Shown here one piece after another: positions 56,060-64,000 of a DNA stretch of 64,000 bases. The first letter of the stretch is position 1. Each line of letters starts with the position of its first letter. The notes under the pieces were generated by a model. That model saw only the letters and a program-made list of their open reading frames with translations, did not search any database and was not told where the DNA came from. Origin of the DNA: Gemmatimonadota bacterium (lineage in GTDB: Bacteria; Gemmatimonadota; Gemmatimonadetes; Longimicrobiales; Gaopeijiaceae); assembly GCA_036679625.1 (NCBI GenBank), contig JAZDDA010000190.1:63524-127523 (forward strand), written 5' to 3'. A program made the position numbers and the translations under genes.

Positions 56060-57440
56060 GTGCGCGCACCCCCAGCCGAGTCGCGGCTTCACGAGCGACG
56101 GACTCAATCGACCCCGCACCCAGAGTGAGGAGCACGTCCCCCTCCTGCGCATGATCCGCGAGCGAGGCTGCTAGCGACCCAACGCCGGCGTGGTAATGGA
56201 CTTCGACTCCGGCCTGCTCTACCTCACGGACGATCAACTCTCCCGTCACACCCGGGATCGGAGCTTCCCGAGCCGGGAACACGTCGGTTACCCAGACGAC
56301 ATCGGCACCCGCCAGGGCAACGCCGAACTCCCGGGCAAAGTCACGGGTCCGCGAATAGAGATGGGGTTGGAAGGCAACCACGAGGCGTCTTCCAGAGAAT
56401 CGAGTCCGCGCCGCAGCGATCGTGGCTTCGACCTCCGTCGGGTGGTGCGCGTAGTCATCCACGAGCTCAACACCCTCTACCTCTCCGAGCGTCTCGAATC
56501 GACGCCCGACCCCGCCGAACTCGTGCATCCCGCGCTTGATCGCCTCCCATGGGAGGCCAAGAGCGCGTGCGGCAGCCGCTGCTCCCAATGCGTTCCGGAG
56601 GTTGTGGAGGCCCACGATGCCAATCTCCAGGGTCCCCTCATCACATCCGTCCTCGATAGCCCGGAATCGCGTCCGCGAACCACCGGTCTCTAGCTCGACG
56701 GCGCGGAGTTGGGATCCAGCATTGAGTCCGTAGCTGTACCCGCGGCCTCCGAGCGCCGGCAACAGGCGGCTGGCCTCGAGGTCATCCCCGCAGACGACAA
56801 CCCGCCCCTCCACCGGCACCTTCGACACGAAGATCTCGAACGCCTCGATAACGGCGTCGAGCGACCCGTAGGTGTCGAGGTGGTCGGCCTCGAGGTTGGT
56901 CACGATGGCAACCGCGGGTTGAAGCGAGTGGAACGAGCGATCGAACTCGTCGGCCTCCACCACAAACAGATCGCTCCCACCGGCCCGGAGGTTGCCACCC
57001 CAGGAGCGTACGGCACCTCCCACGAACGCCGTTGGATCCAGGCCTCCGGCTATCAGGAGCTCGGCGGCGATTGCAGTCGTGGTCGTCTTCCCATGGGTTC
57101 CGGCGACCGCTAGTACGGTCCCCTCGTTGACGACTGCCCCAAGGGCTGCAGCCCGCTTGAGAATCGGAATGCCCCGTTCGCGGGCCGCGACGAGTTCAGG
57201 ATGATCTTCGGGGACCGCTGCTGTGACGACGACGGTGCTCGTACCCTGCATGTGGGCGCGATCATGCCCCTCGTCGATTCGCACTCCCATGGACCGCAGC
57301 CGATCCGTCGACGCCCCGGGGCGCAGGTCGCACCCTGTCACCGAGCGCCCTCTGTGCGCGAACAGCTCAGCCAGCGCACTCATGCCCGCACCACCCACGC
57401 CCATGAAGTGCACGGCTCCGGAGATTGGCGTGTTGCTCAT
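56052..57440 (-). CDS. murC: UDP-N-acetylmuramate--L-alanine ligase
   Basis: 462 aa. HFMGVGGAGMSALAELF, AVAGTHGKTTTT and DDYAHHPTE. Confidence 0.94.
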   Translation of the reverse strand: MSNTPISGAVHFMGVGGAGMSALAELFAHRGRSVTGCDLRPGASTDRLRSMGVRIDEGHDRAHMQGTSTVVVTAAVPEDHPELVAARERGIPILKRAAALGAVVNEGTVLAVAGTHGKTTTTAIAAELLIAGGLDPTAFVGGAVRSWGGNLRAGGSDLFVVEADEFDRSFHSLQPAVAIVTNLEADHLDTYGSLDAVIEAFEIFVSKVPVEGRVVVCGDDLEASRLLPALGGRGYSYGLNAGSQLRAVELETGGSRTRFRAIEDGCDEGTLEIGIVGLHNLRNALGAAAAARALGLPWEAIKRGMHEFGGVGRRFETLGEVEGVELVDDYAHHPTEVEATIAAARTRFSGRRLVVAFQPHLYSRTRDFAREFGVALAGADVVWVTDVFPAREAPIPGVTGELIVREVEQAGVEVHYHAGVGSLAASLADHAQEGDVLLTLGAGSIESVAREAATRLGVRAHA

Positions 57441-58588
57441 GACGTCCCCCCGCGCATCAGGGGAAGGAGGCGTGCAAGGTCTGCAGCGATGTCGAGGGCC
57501 GCAGAGGGCCTGGCACGCGAGAGCGCAGCGGCGGCCATCGACGCCAGCCCCTCCTCATCGGATAAGAGGTCGGTCAGGATCCGCCAGAGGGCCTCTGCGC
57601 TCGTGCCCGCCTCGTCCGCAACGATGGCCGTACCGGCTGCCTCGAGCGCATCGGCGTTCTTCGCCTGATGCCCTGCAGCCGCTGTGGGGAGTGGCATGAG
57701 GAGCGAGGGAAGACCCGCAGCCAGGAACTCGGATGTCGCCATCGCCCCTGCTCTACTCACCGCGAGGGACGCCAACGGGAGAAACCTCGGCATGTCTTCG
57801 ATGTACGGGACGACGTGTAGCCAATCGGGCACATCGAGGGCTGTGACGGTGTCACGAATGCTCTCGAAGTGGCGTGGGCCCGTGGCCCACAGGATCTGCA
57901 CCTTCTGCGGGCACGACCACCCGCCCTCTGCGATCCCCGCAGCGCACTGGGTGAAGATGCCGTTGAGTGCGGCTGATCCCTGGCTTCCGCCCACCACCAG
58001 AACGAGGCGACGGGTCGGGTCGTATCCGGCCTCGCTCAGCGCCCTCGCCCGATCCCCCACCTCGGGGAATGGTCGGATCGGATTTCCATGATCGATCACG
58101 ACCGACCGCGCCGCCCGCGGGAGGTGTGCCGCCGCCTCCGGGAATCCCAGATGAATCTGCTGGGCCCAACGAGAGAGCCCCCTCGTCGTCCAGCCTGGGA
58201 ATGCGTTCTGCTCCTGAATCGCGAGCGGAATGCCCGCCAGGGCAGCCATGACGCCGGCCGGAGCCGCAGCGTACCCGCCGGTCACGACCACCAACTCCGG
58301 GCGCAGCCGGCGAAACAGGGCTCCGGCGGACGCCAGGGAGCGGAAAAGCGCCGGGCCCACCCCAAGATTCTCGAGGATTCGTCCGCGAGCCACGCCGCGC
58401 ACAGGCAGGAGCTCGTGCGGCACACCCCGATCGGGGAGCACCCGTGCCTCGATCCCTCGGGTGGCTCCGACAAAGAACGGCTCCACGTCAGGGCGAAGCG
58501 CAACCAGTGCATCAGCCAACGCGAGCGCTGGGTACAGATGCCCTCCGGTTCCCCCACCGGCGAAGACGACCGAGCGAGACTCATGCAC
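57437..58588 (-). CDS. murG: UDP-GlcNAc:lipid I N-acetylglucosaminyltransferase
   Basis: 383 aa. FAGGGTGGHLYPALALA, GGSQGS and RAGAMATSEFLAAGLPS. Confidence 0.93.
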   Translation of the reverse strand: MHESRSVVFAGGGTGGHLYPALALADALVALRPDVEPFFVGATRGIEARVLPDRGVPHELLPVRGVARGRILENLGVGPALFRSLASAGALFRRLRPELVVVTGGYAAAPAGVMAALAGIPLAIQEQNAFPGWTTRGLSRWAQQIHLGFPEAAAHLPRAARSVVIDHGNPIRPFPEVGDRARALSEAGYDPTRRLVLVVGGSQGSAALNGIFTQCAAGIAEGGWSCPQKVQILWATGPRHFESIRDTVTALDVPDWLHVVPYIEDMPRFLPLASLAVSRAGAMATSEFLAAGLPSLLMPLPTAAAGHQAKNADALEAAGTAIVADEAGTSAEALWRILTDLLSDEEGLASMAAAALSRARPSAALDIAADLARLLPLMRGGTS

Positions 58589-59759
58589 GGTCCCCCCCGA
58601 AATACCTGCGCTCGCTGGTGCGGGCGATGGACATCAGAATCCCCACGCCGGCGAGCGTCACAAGAAGGTTTGAACGACCGTAGGAGATCAACGGGAGCGG
58701 CACTCCGGTGGCGGGCACCATCCCCAGGCCCACCGCCATATGGAGGACGGCCTGGAGCCCGATCATGCCCGTAAGCCCGACCCCGAGGAGCTGGCCGAAG
58801 AGGTCCGGAGCGCGCGATGCGACCCGGAAGCCAACGAGAACCAGCGTGCCGAAGAGGAACACGGTGAACAAGACGCCGAGGAATCCCCATTCCTCGCCGA
58901 TCATCGCGAAGATGAAGTCGTTGTGGACCTCAGGCAGAAAACCAAACTTCTGCCGTCCCTGCCCGAACCCGACTCCGGTGATTCCGCCTGAACCCAGCGC
59001 AATCATCGACTGCTGAACCTGAAACCCGGCCCCAGACGGATCCGATGAGGGGTCCATGAAGGCGAGGAGCCGCCGGACCCGAAAGTCCGCCGCCAACTGC
59101 AGGGCAAGCACCGGAAGGCCCGCGATTCCGAGGAAGACAAAGTGTGCGATCCGGGCACCCGCGGCGAAGACGATCATGGCTCCCAGCGCAGCGACGACGA
59201 GCGTGGTGGACAGATCGGGCTCGAGCGCGATGGGAAGGAGCACCAGACTCCAGACCACAAGAAACGGAAGGAGTCCGCGCCGCAGAGACCTGAACTTGTC
59301 CTGCTTGCGTACCGCCATCGAGGCGGTCCAGATGATGACGGCGAGCTTCGCCAGCTCAGAGGGCTGGAAGGACACGCCGAGCCGCAACCACCGGCGCGCG
59401 CCGTTGATCGTGGGGGCGATCGCCTCCGTGCCGGGCAGGATCAGGACGACGAGGAGCACCCACACACCCACGAGGATGGGCCATGCCGCCTGCTGCCAGA
59501 TCTGGTAGGGGAGCCACGCGAGGACACCCAGCGCTGCCAGGCCTGCTGCAGCCCCAATAGCCTGCCGCAGCACGAAGAAGTGGTCGGGCGCGGCGGCCCG
59601 CTGGGCGATGTAGGGACTCGCAGAGTAGAGCGTCACCAAGCCGAAGCTCACCAGGAGCAGCGTGGTACCCAAAAGGGCGCCCACCTCCCAGCCTCTCCCG
59701 ATGCCGACGTCGGCGTGGGCCACTTCATGCTGCGGTGCCACATCTGTGCTACGGGGCAT
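58581..59759 (-). CDS. ftsW: Peptidoglycan glycosyltransferase FtsW (SEDS family)
   Basis: 392 aa, polytopic. RWLRLGVSFQPSELAKLA, LPEVHNDFIFAMIGEEWG and PLPLISYGRS. Confidence 0.9.
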   Translation of the reverse strand: MPRSTDVAPQHEVAHADVGIGRGWEVGALLGTTLLLVSFGLVTLYSASPYIAQRAAAPDHFFVLRQAIGAAAGLAALGVLAWLPYQIWQQAAWPILVGVWVLLVVLILPGTEAIAPTINGARRWLRLGVSFQPSELAKLAVIIWTASMAVRKQDKFRSLRRGLLPFLVVWSLVLLPIALEPDLSTTLVVAALGAMIVFAAGARIAHFVFLGIAGLPVLALQLAADFRVRRLLAFMDPSSDPSGAGFQVQQSMIALGSGGITGVGFGQGRQKFGFLPEVHNDFIFAMIGEEWGFLGVLFTVFLFGTLVLVGFRVASRAPDLFGQLLGVGLTGMIGLQAVLHMAVGLGMVPATGVPLPLISYGRSNLLVTLAGVGILMSIARTSERRYFGGDRA

Positions 59760-61177
59760 CAGGCGTTTTCACCTCCCCGTCCACGCAGATGAAAATCTGC
59801 CAGACCGCGGAATGCATCTCCGCGAGCCTCGTAGTTCTCGAACATATCGAAGCTCGAGCAGGCGGGAGTGAGGACGACTGCGTCGCCGGTAGCGGCCTGG
59901 TCGGCGGCGTGTTGTACCGCGCTCTCCAATCCCTCAGCTCGGTGTATGGGAACCACTCCCTCGAGGGCTGCGGCTATCCGATCGGCCGCCTCACCGTAGA
60001 GAATGGCGACCTTGGCCGTGCCGCCGAGAGCCTCCGCCAGGGGAGCGAGATCCTCGCCCTTGTCCCTGCCGCCGAGAATTACGATCAGCGGTCGGTCTAG
60101 ACTCTCCACTGCAGTGCACGCCGCAGCGACGTTGGTAGCCTTCGAGTCGTTCACCCAGAGGATTCCGCCGGCCTCGCCGAGGCGCTCCATCCGGTGCGGA
60201 AGTGCAGGTGCCGTGCGGAGCCCGCGAGCGAGCGAGGCGGCGTCGGCCCCAGCCAGCCGGGCCGTCAGCGCCGCAGCGAGTGCGTTCTCTACATTGTGCC
60301 GGCCGAGTAACGGTAGGGCCTCGACCGAGATCAGGTACTCCGGGCCTTCACCCACATTGAGGGTAAGCACCCCGGCCTCCACGTAGGCTCCCAGAAAATC
60401 GTCACCCGGCGTAACGGAAAAGCGATACCTCGAGCCCGGAGCATCACCCGCCAGAGCCTCCACCTCGTCGTCCTCAGGCAGCACCCACCGCGAGGCAGGG
60501 CTCGCGTTCTGGAAGAGACGCGCCTTATCGGCGTGATACGCCTCCACATTGGGATACCGATCGAGATGATCTGAAGCCAGGTTGGTGACCACCCCAATCT
60601 CCGGATTCAGCTGGTGAACTCCGGCCAGCTGGAACGAGCTGAGTTCCAGGACGTACCACGGTGAATCCGGCTCGCTCATCGCCAGCTCCGACGCCGGCGG
60701 TCCGAATGCCTCTCCCGTATTCCCACCGAGAGCAGCCCGGATGCCGGCAGCCTCGAGGAGGTGCACGGTCAAGGCCGCGGTCGTCGTCTTCCCGTTCGTG
60801 CCTGTCACGGCGATCAGTGAACCTCGGAGGAACCGAAAGGCGAACTCAGGCTCCGATATCCAACCGACGCCTCGAGCACGGAGATCCCGTAGCACATCAG
60901 CGTCCGGGGGGATTCCAGGGCTGGCCACCACGGTTTGCGACGCCGCGATTCTCTCCACATCATGGCCGCCAACCTCGACGTCCGCTCCAAGGGCTCGGAG
61001 CTCATCTCCACGAGCTGTAGTCGTGGGGTCACACTTGATGTCAGACGCATAGACCCTGCCTCCTTTGGACAACGCAAGCCGAGCCGCAGCCATACCGCTG
61101 GCTGCGAGCCCGAGCACCGAAACCGTCTCGCCCTGCAACAATTCGTCGACCGACCGATCGGCCTCTGAGATCACCAT
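59759..61177 (-). CDS. murD: UDP-N-acetylmuramoylalanine--D-glutamate ligase
   Basis: 472 aa. VLGLAASG, AVTGTNGKTTT, NDSKATN and ILGGRDKG. Confidence 0.93.
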   Translation of the reverse strand: MVISEADRSVDELLQGETVSVLGLAASGMAAARLALSKGGRVYASDIKCDPTTTARGDELRALGADVEVGGHDVERIAASQTVVASPGIPPDADVLRDLRARGVGWISEPEFAFRFLRGSLIAVTGTNGKTTTAALTVHLLEAAGIRAALGGNTGEAFGPPASELAMSEPDSPWYVLELSSFQLAGVHQLNPEIGVVTNLASDHLDRYPNVEAYHADKARLFQNASPASRWVLPEDDEVEALAGDAPGSRYRFSVTPGDDFLGAYVEAGVLTLNVGEGPEYLISVEALPLLGRHNVENALAAALTARLAGADAASLARGLRTAPALPHRMERLGEAGGILWVNDSKATNVAAACTAVESLDRPLIVILGGRDKGEDLAPLAEALGGTAKVAILYGEAADRIAAALEGVVPIHRAEGLESAVQHAADQAATGDAVVLTPACSSFDMFENYEARGDAFRGLADFHLRGRGGENA

Positions 61178-61189
61178 TTACGTCCTCTT

Positions 61190-62296
61190 TCACCGGATCT
61201 TCAGTGCGCTGAAGGCCACCATCGAACACAGGATTCCGGCAATCCAGAAGCGGATCACGACCTTGGTCTCAGGCCATCCAAGCTGCTCGAAGTGGTGGTG
61301 AATCGGCGCCATTCTGAAGATTCGACGTCCAACCCCCGTCCGGCGGGCGGTATAGCGGTAGAACCCGACCTGCAGAATCACCGAGATGATCTCCACGACG
61401 AACACGCCGCCGACGATCACGAGGAGGAACTCAGCCTTGAGCAGAATGGCCATCACACCCAGAGCCGCCCCGATCGCGAGTGACCCCGTGTCGCCCATGA
61501 AGACCTCGGCAGGGTGGGCATTGAACCAGAGGAACCCCAGGCAGGCACCCGAGAGGGCGAGCGCAAAGATCGTCAGCTCGCCCGAGCCAGGCAGGTAGAA
61601 CAGACCGAGGTAGCTGGAGCTGTCTACGCGTCCCACCAGATAGGCGAAGATCCCAAAGGTCGCCGTCGCAATCGCGGCCAGTCCCGCCGCCAACCCGTCG
61701 AGCCCGTCCGTCAGGTTGACCGCATTGGAGCTGCCTGACACGACGACCGCGACGAACACGACGTAGAGCGGAGGCCAGAACCAGAGAGACCAGTTCGAGA
61801 AGAACGGAACCATCGTCCGCGACGCATCGATCGGGGAGATTGGGTGGAAGATCAGAACGAGCCCAAGCGCGACGCCGAGAATCAGCTGACCGATCATCTT
61901 GTACCTCGCTACCAACCCCTTGGGGCGGCCCTGGATGACCTTCAGATAGTCGTCCATGAAGCCGATTCCGCCGGCCCAGATCAGCGCAACCAGGGTGAGG
62001 ACGGTGTACCAGTTGGTGAGCTCAGCCCAGAGGAGCGTCGAGATCGCGGTCGACATGAGGATCAGCACGCCGCCCATGGTCGGTGTGCCCGCCTTCTCGA
62101 GGTGGGTCTCCGGACCGTCCTCACGCACCACCTGTCCAACGCGCATCTTCGTTAGCCACCGGATCGTCAGAGGGCCGAGGACGAAGGCGAGAAGGAGCGA
62201 GGTCACCAAGGCGCCAGCGGCACGAAAGGTGATGTACTCGAAGAGGTTGAATACGATGTGGAGGTCGGATAACTGAGGGAGAAGGTGGTAGAGCAT
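61190..62296 (-). CDS. mraY: Phospho-N-acetylmuramoyl-pentapeptide transferase
   Basis: 368 aa. GTPTMGG, DDYLKV, NAVNLTDGLDGLA, MGDTGSLA and APIHHHFE. Confidence 0.95.
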   Translation of the reverse strand: MLYHLLPQLSDLHIVFNLFEYITFRAAGALVTSLLLAFVLGPLTIRWLTKMRVGQVVREDGPETHLEKAGTPTMGGVLILMSTAISTLLWAELTNWYTVLTLVALIWAGGIGFMDDYLKVIQGRPKGLVARYKMIGQLILGVALGLVLIFHPISPIDASRTMVPFFSNWSLWFWPPLYVVFVAVVVSGSSNAVNLTDGLDGLAAGLAAIATATFGIFAYLVGRVDSSSYLGLFYLPGSGELTIFALALSGACLGFLWFNAHPAEVFMGDTGSLAIGAALGVMAILLKAEFLLVIVGGVFVVEIISVILQVGFYRYTARRTGVGRRIFRMAPIHHHFEQLGWPETKVVIRFWIAGILCSMVAFSALKIR

Positions 62297-63687
62297 CAGC
62301 AGCCCTCCTCCACGCCAATGTCCGCCACACCAAAGTCCGCCTCGAAGCGATCGAGCATCCGTTCGAGTGCAACGCCGCGTGACGCCTTGAGGAGGATCGT
62401 CTCATCCCCTCCAAGCGTGGGACGTAGCGCCTCGTATGCAGCGTCCAGCTCGGACTCCACGAGCACCGCTCGGGTTGCCGTGGAATCTGCCACGTTGGCA
62501 AAGGCACCGGTCGCGACCACGCGGTCCACATCAGAGCCTACCGCGTAGTCGAGGACGCTCCGGTGAAGCCCTGCTGCGAGGTCGCCCAACTCGAGCATGG
62601 AACCAAGAAAGGCAATCCGCGGCGCACCGGGCTTCATCGAGGCAAGAACGTCGATCGCCGCCCTCATGCTCTGCGGATTGGCGTTGTAGCAGTCCACGAC
62701 CAAGGTCAGCCCGCCGATCCTACGCAGTTCACCCCGCATGGCACCGGGAGGCACGGCGCTCACCCCGGCTGCGGCTGCGGTAGGGGCCACGTCGAGCGCC
62801 TCGGCCACCGCGAGCGCGAGCAGCGCATTCCCTACTACGTGACGCCCAGGAGCCTGCAACTGAACCGGCGCGCCACGCCAATCGAAGCTCCAGCGTCCAT
62901 CAGAGTCGACACGGGGATCGACCGGCCTCAGGTCGGCATCCGCGCGCTCACTCCACCCGGCGATCCTCACCTCGGAGCGAGCCTGTCGTGCGGTCGCGGG
63001 GAGTGCGGGGGGCTCGTCTCCCACGATCGACGAACCGTCGGCGGGCAACGCACGGAGTAGCGCGAGCTTCTCATCGAGGACACCGTCCAACGATCCCAGC
63101 CTCTCGACATGCGACTCGGACACGGTGGTCACGACTCCCATGGCCGGCTGTGCGATCTCGCAGAGGGTGGCGATCTCCCCGGGCTCCGAAGTCCCCATCT
63201 CGAGGACGACGACATCGACGTCCGAAGGAGTTTCGAGGAGCGTGAGGGGGAGACCGATGCGGTTGTTGAAGTTCTCCGCCGTCGCGTGGACGCGAAGGGA
63301 CCCCGAGAGCGCCGCCCTTGTCAGCTCCTTGGTGGAGGTCTTTCCAGCCGACCCCGTGATACCGACGACCGTAGCGGTAAGTGCCTCACGTCGCACGCGA
63401 GCCAGCTCCCCCAGCGCGACGAGCGTATCGTCGACGATGTAGAGCGACGCCGCGTCCACTCCCTCGACGGCTCGCGACACCACGGCTCCAAGTGCACCAC
63501 GCGCCATCGCCTGGACGACGAAGTCATGACCATCGAAGCGTTCGCCGGGCAGGGCCACGAAGAGACAGCCCTCCATCTCAGACCGGCTGTCGGTCGCGAT
63601 GGTCCGAAATTGACGCTCGTCGGGGAGCCCCGGTGGGAGCCCCAACGGAGTGCGCACGAGGTCGCCGGTCCAAACGAACGGACTCAT
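62296..63687 (-). CDS. murF: UDP-MurNAc-tripeptide--D-alanyl-D-alanine ligase
   Basis: 463 aa. DSRSEMEGCLFVAL, GITGSAGKTSTKE, DCYNANP and GSMLELG. Confidence 0.92.
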   Translation of the reverse strand: MSPFVWTGDLVRTPLGLPPGLPDERQFRTIATDSRSEMEGCLFVALPGERFDGHDFVVQAMARGALGAVVSRAVEGVDAASLYIVDDTLVALGELARVRREALTATVVGITGSAGKTSTKELTRAALSGSLRVHATAENFNNRIGLPLTLLETPSDVDVVVLEMGTSEPGEIATLCEIAQPAMGVVTTVSESHVERLGSLDGVLDEKLALLRALPADGSSIVGDEPPALPATARQARSEVRIAGWSERADADLRPVDPRVDSDGRWSFDWRGAPVQLQAPGRHVVGNALLALAVAEALDVAPTAAAAGVSAVPPGAMRGELRRIGGLTLVVDCYNANPQSMRAAIDVLASMKPGAPRIAFLGSMLELGDLAAGLHRSVLDYAVGSDVDRVVATGAFANVADSTATRAVLVESELDAAYEALRPTLGGDETILLKASRGVALERMLDRFEADFGVADIGVEEGC

Positions 63688-64000
63688 GAACCAGCCACCT
63701 TGCCAGGCGCCGCGAAGTAGGCATCAACCACCGCCCGCTCATCGAATGGCCGCTTTTCGGTTCCGATGATCTGGTAGGTTTCGTGCCCCTTCCCTGCGAG
63801 CAGGACCAGATCTCCAGGCTCAGCCAGCCCAAGGGCGTGGCGGATGGCCGCTTCGCGGTCGACGATCTTGTGGAGACCACTGTGCGTGACTCCGCTGACC
63901 ACGTCGGCGACGATGCTCTCGGGATCTTCGGTCCGGGGATTGTCTGAGGTGACCACAATCGTCTCTGCATGCCTCGAGGCCGCCGCACCCATGAGAGGCC
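63684..64000 (-). CDS. murE: UDP-MurNAc-L-Ala-D-Glu--2,6-diaminopimelate (or L-Lys) ligase, C-terminal part; gene runs off the right edge
   Basis: TSDNPRTEDP, LLAGKGHE and FDER are MurE C-terminal signatures. The frame stays open upstream of the track ATG to the window end. 4-nt overlap with murF. Confidence 0.88.
   Translation of the reverse strand, partial: PLMGAAASRHAETIVVTSDNPRTEDPESIVADVVSGVTHSGLHKIVDREAAIRHALGLAEPGDLVLLAGKGHETYQIIGTEKRPFDERAVVDAYFAAPGKVAGS

Noticed and set aside
1-64000. Scan for rRNA, tRNA, tmRNA, CRISPR arrays, transposase/integrase genes, toxin-antitoxin or restriction/defence genes
   Set aside because: Intergenic gaps are at most ~190 nt and none shows tRNA-like arms or regularly spaced repeats. 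Every long ORF with a supported frame is assignable to housekeeping or envelope functions. This is by-eye inspection only; Infernal/tRNAscan/CRISPR tools would be needed to exclude small RNAs.

Overview
GC-rich (by eye, not computed), very tightly packed bacterial chromosomal window. I count about 56 protein-coding genes, many with ATGA/GTGA stop-start overlaps. I saw no rRNA, tRNA, CRISPR array, transposase, integrase or phage gene. All product calls come from motif recognition in the supplied translations; no database search was possible. Content is almost entirely housekeeping: a partial 7TM-HD gene, phoH, aspS, rlmN, lepB, a LytR_C-domain gene, yqeK-like HD, panC-panB, rqcH-like NFACT, a split trp cluster (trpD | lexA | trpC-trpF-trpB ... 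trpA), truA, tal, htrA, a long pur operon (purB-purC-[psd-pssA]-purS-purQ-purL-purF-add), fbp, comEC, a lapA-like gene, miaB, mtaB, cdd, alr, mazG, a 2-hydroxyacid dehydrogenase, asnS, recG, ftsY, and the distal dcw cluster (murE-murF-mraY-murD-ftsW-murG-murC-ftsQ-ftsA-ftsZ). I found no obvious defence or mobile island. The least ordinary loci are: (1) a translationally coupled HEAT-repeat / HD-GYP gene pair wedged between trpB and trpA, whose two proteins share a homologous N-terminal domain; (2) an uncharacterised lipoprotein plus beta-barrel outer-membrane pair coupled by an ATGA overlap; (3) an orphan double-anchored VWA-like membrane protein between ftsY and an M23 peptidase just downstream of ftsZ; (4) psd-pssA embedded in the pur operon; (5) lexA inserted divergently inside the trp cluster, with short direct repeats over its putative promoter. 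Long antisense ORFs in the track are treated as GC-driven artefacts.
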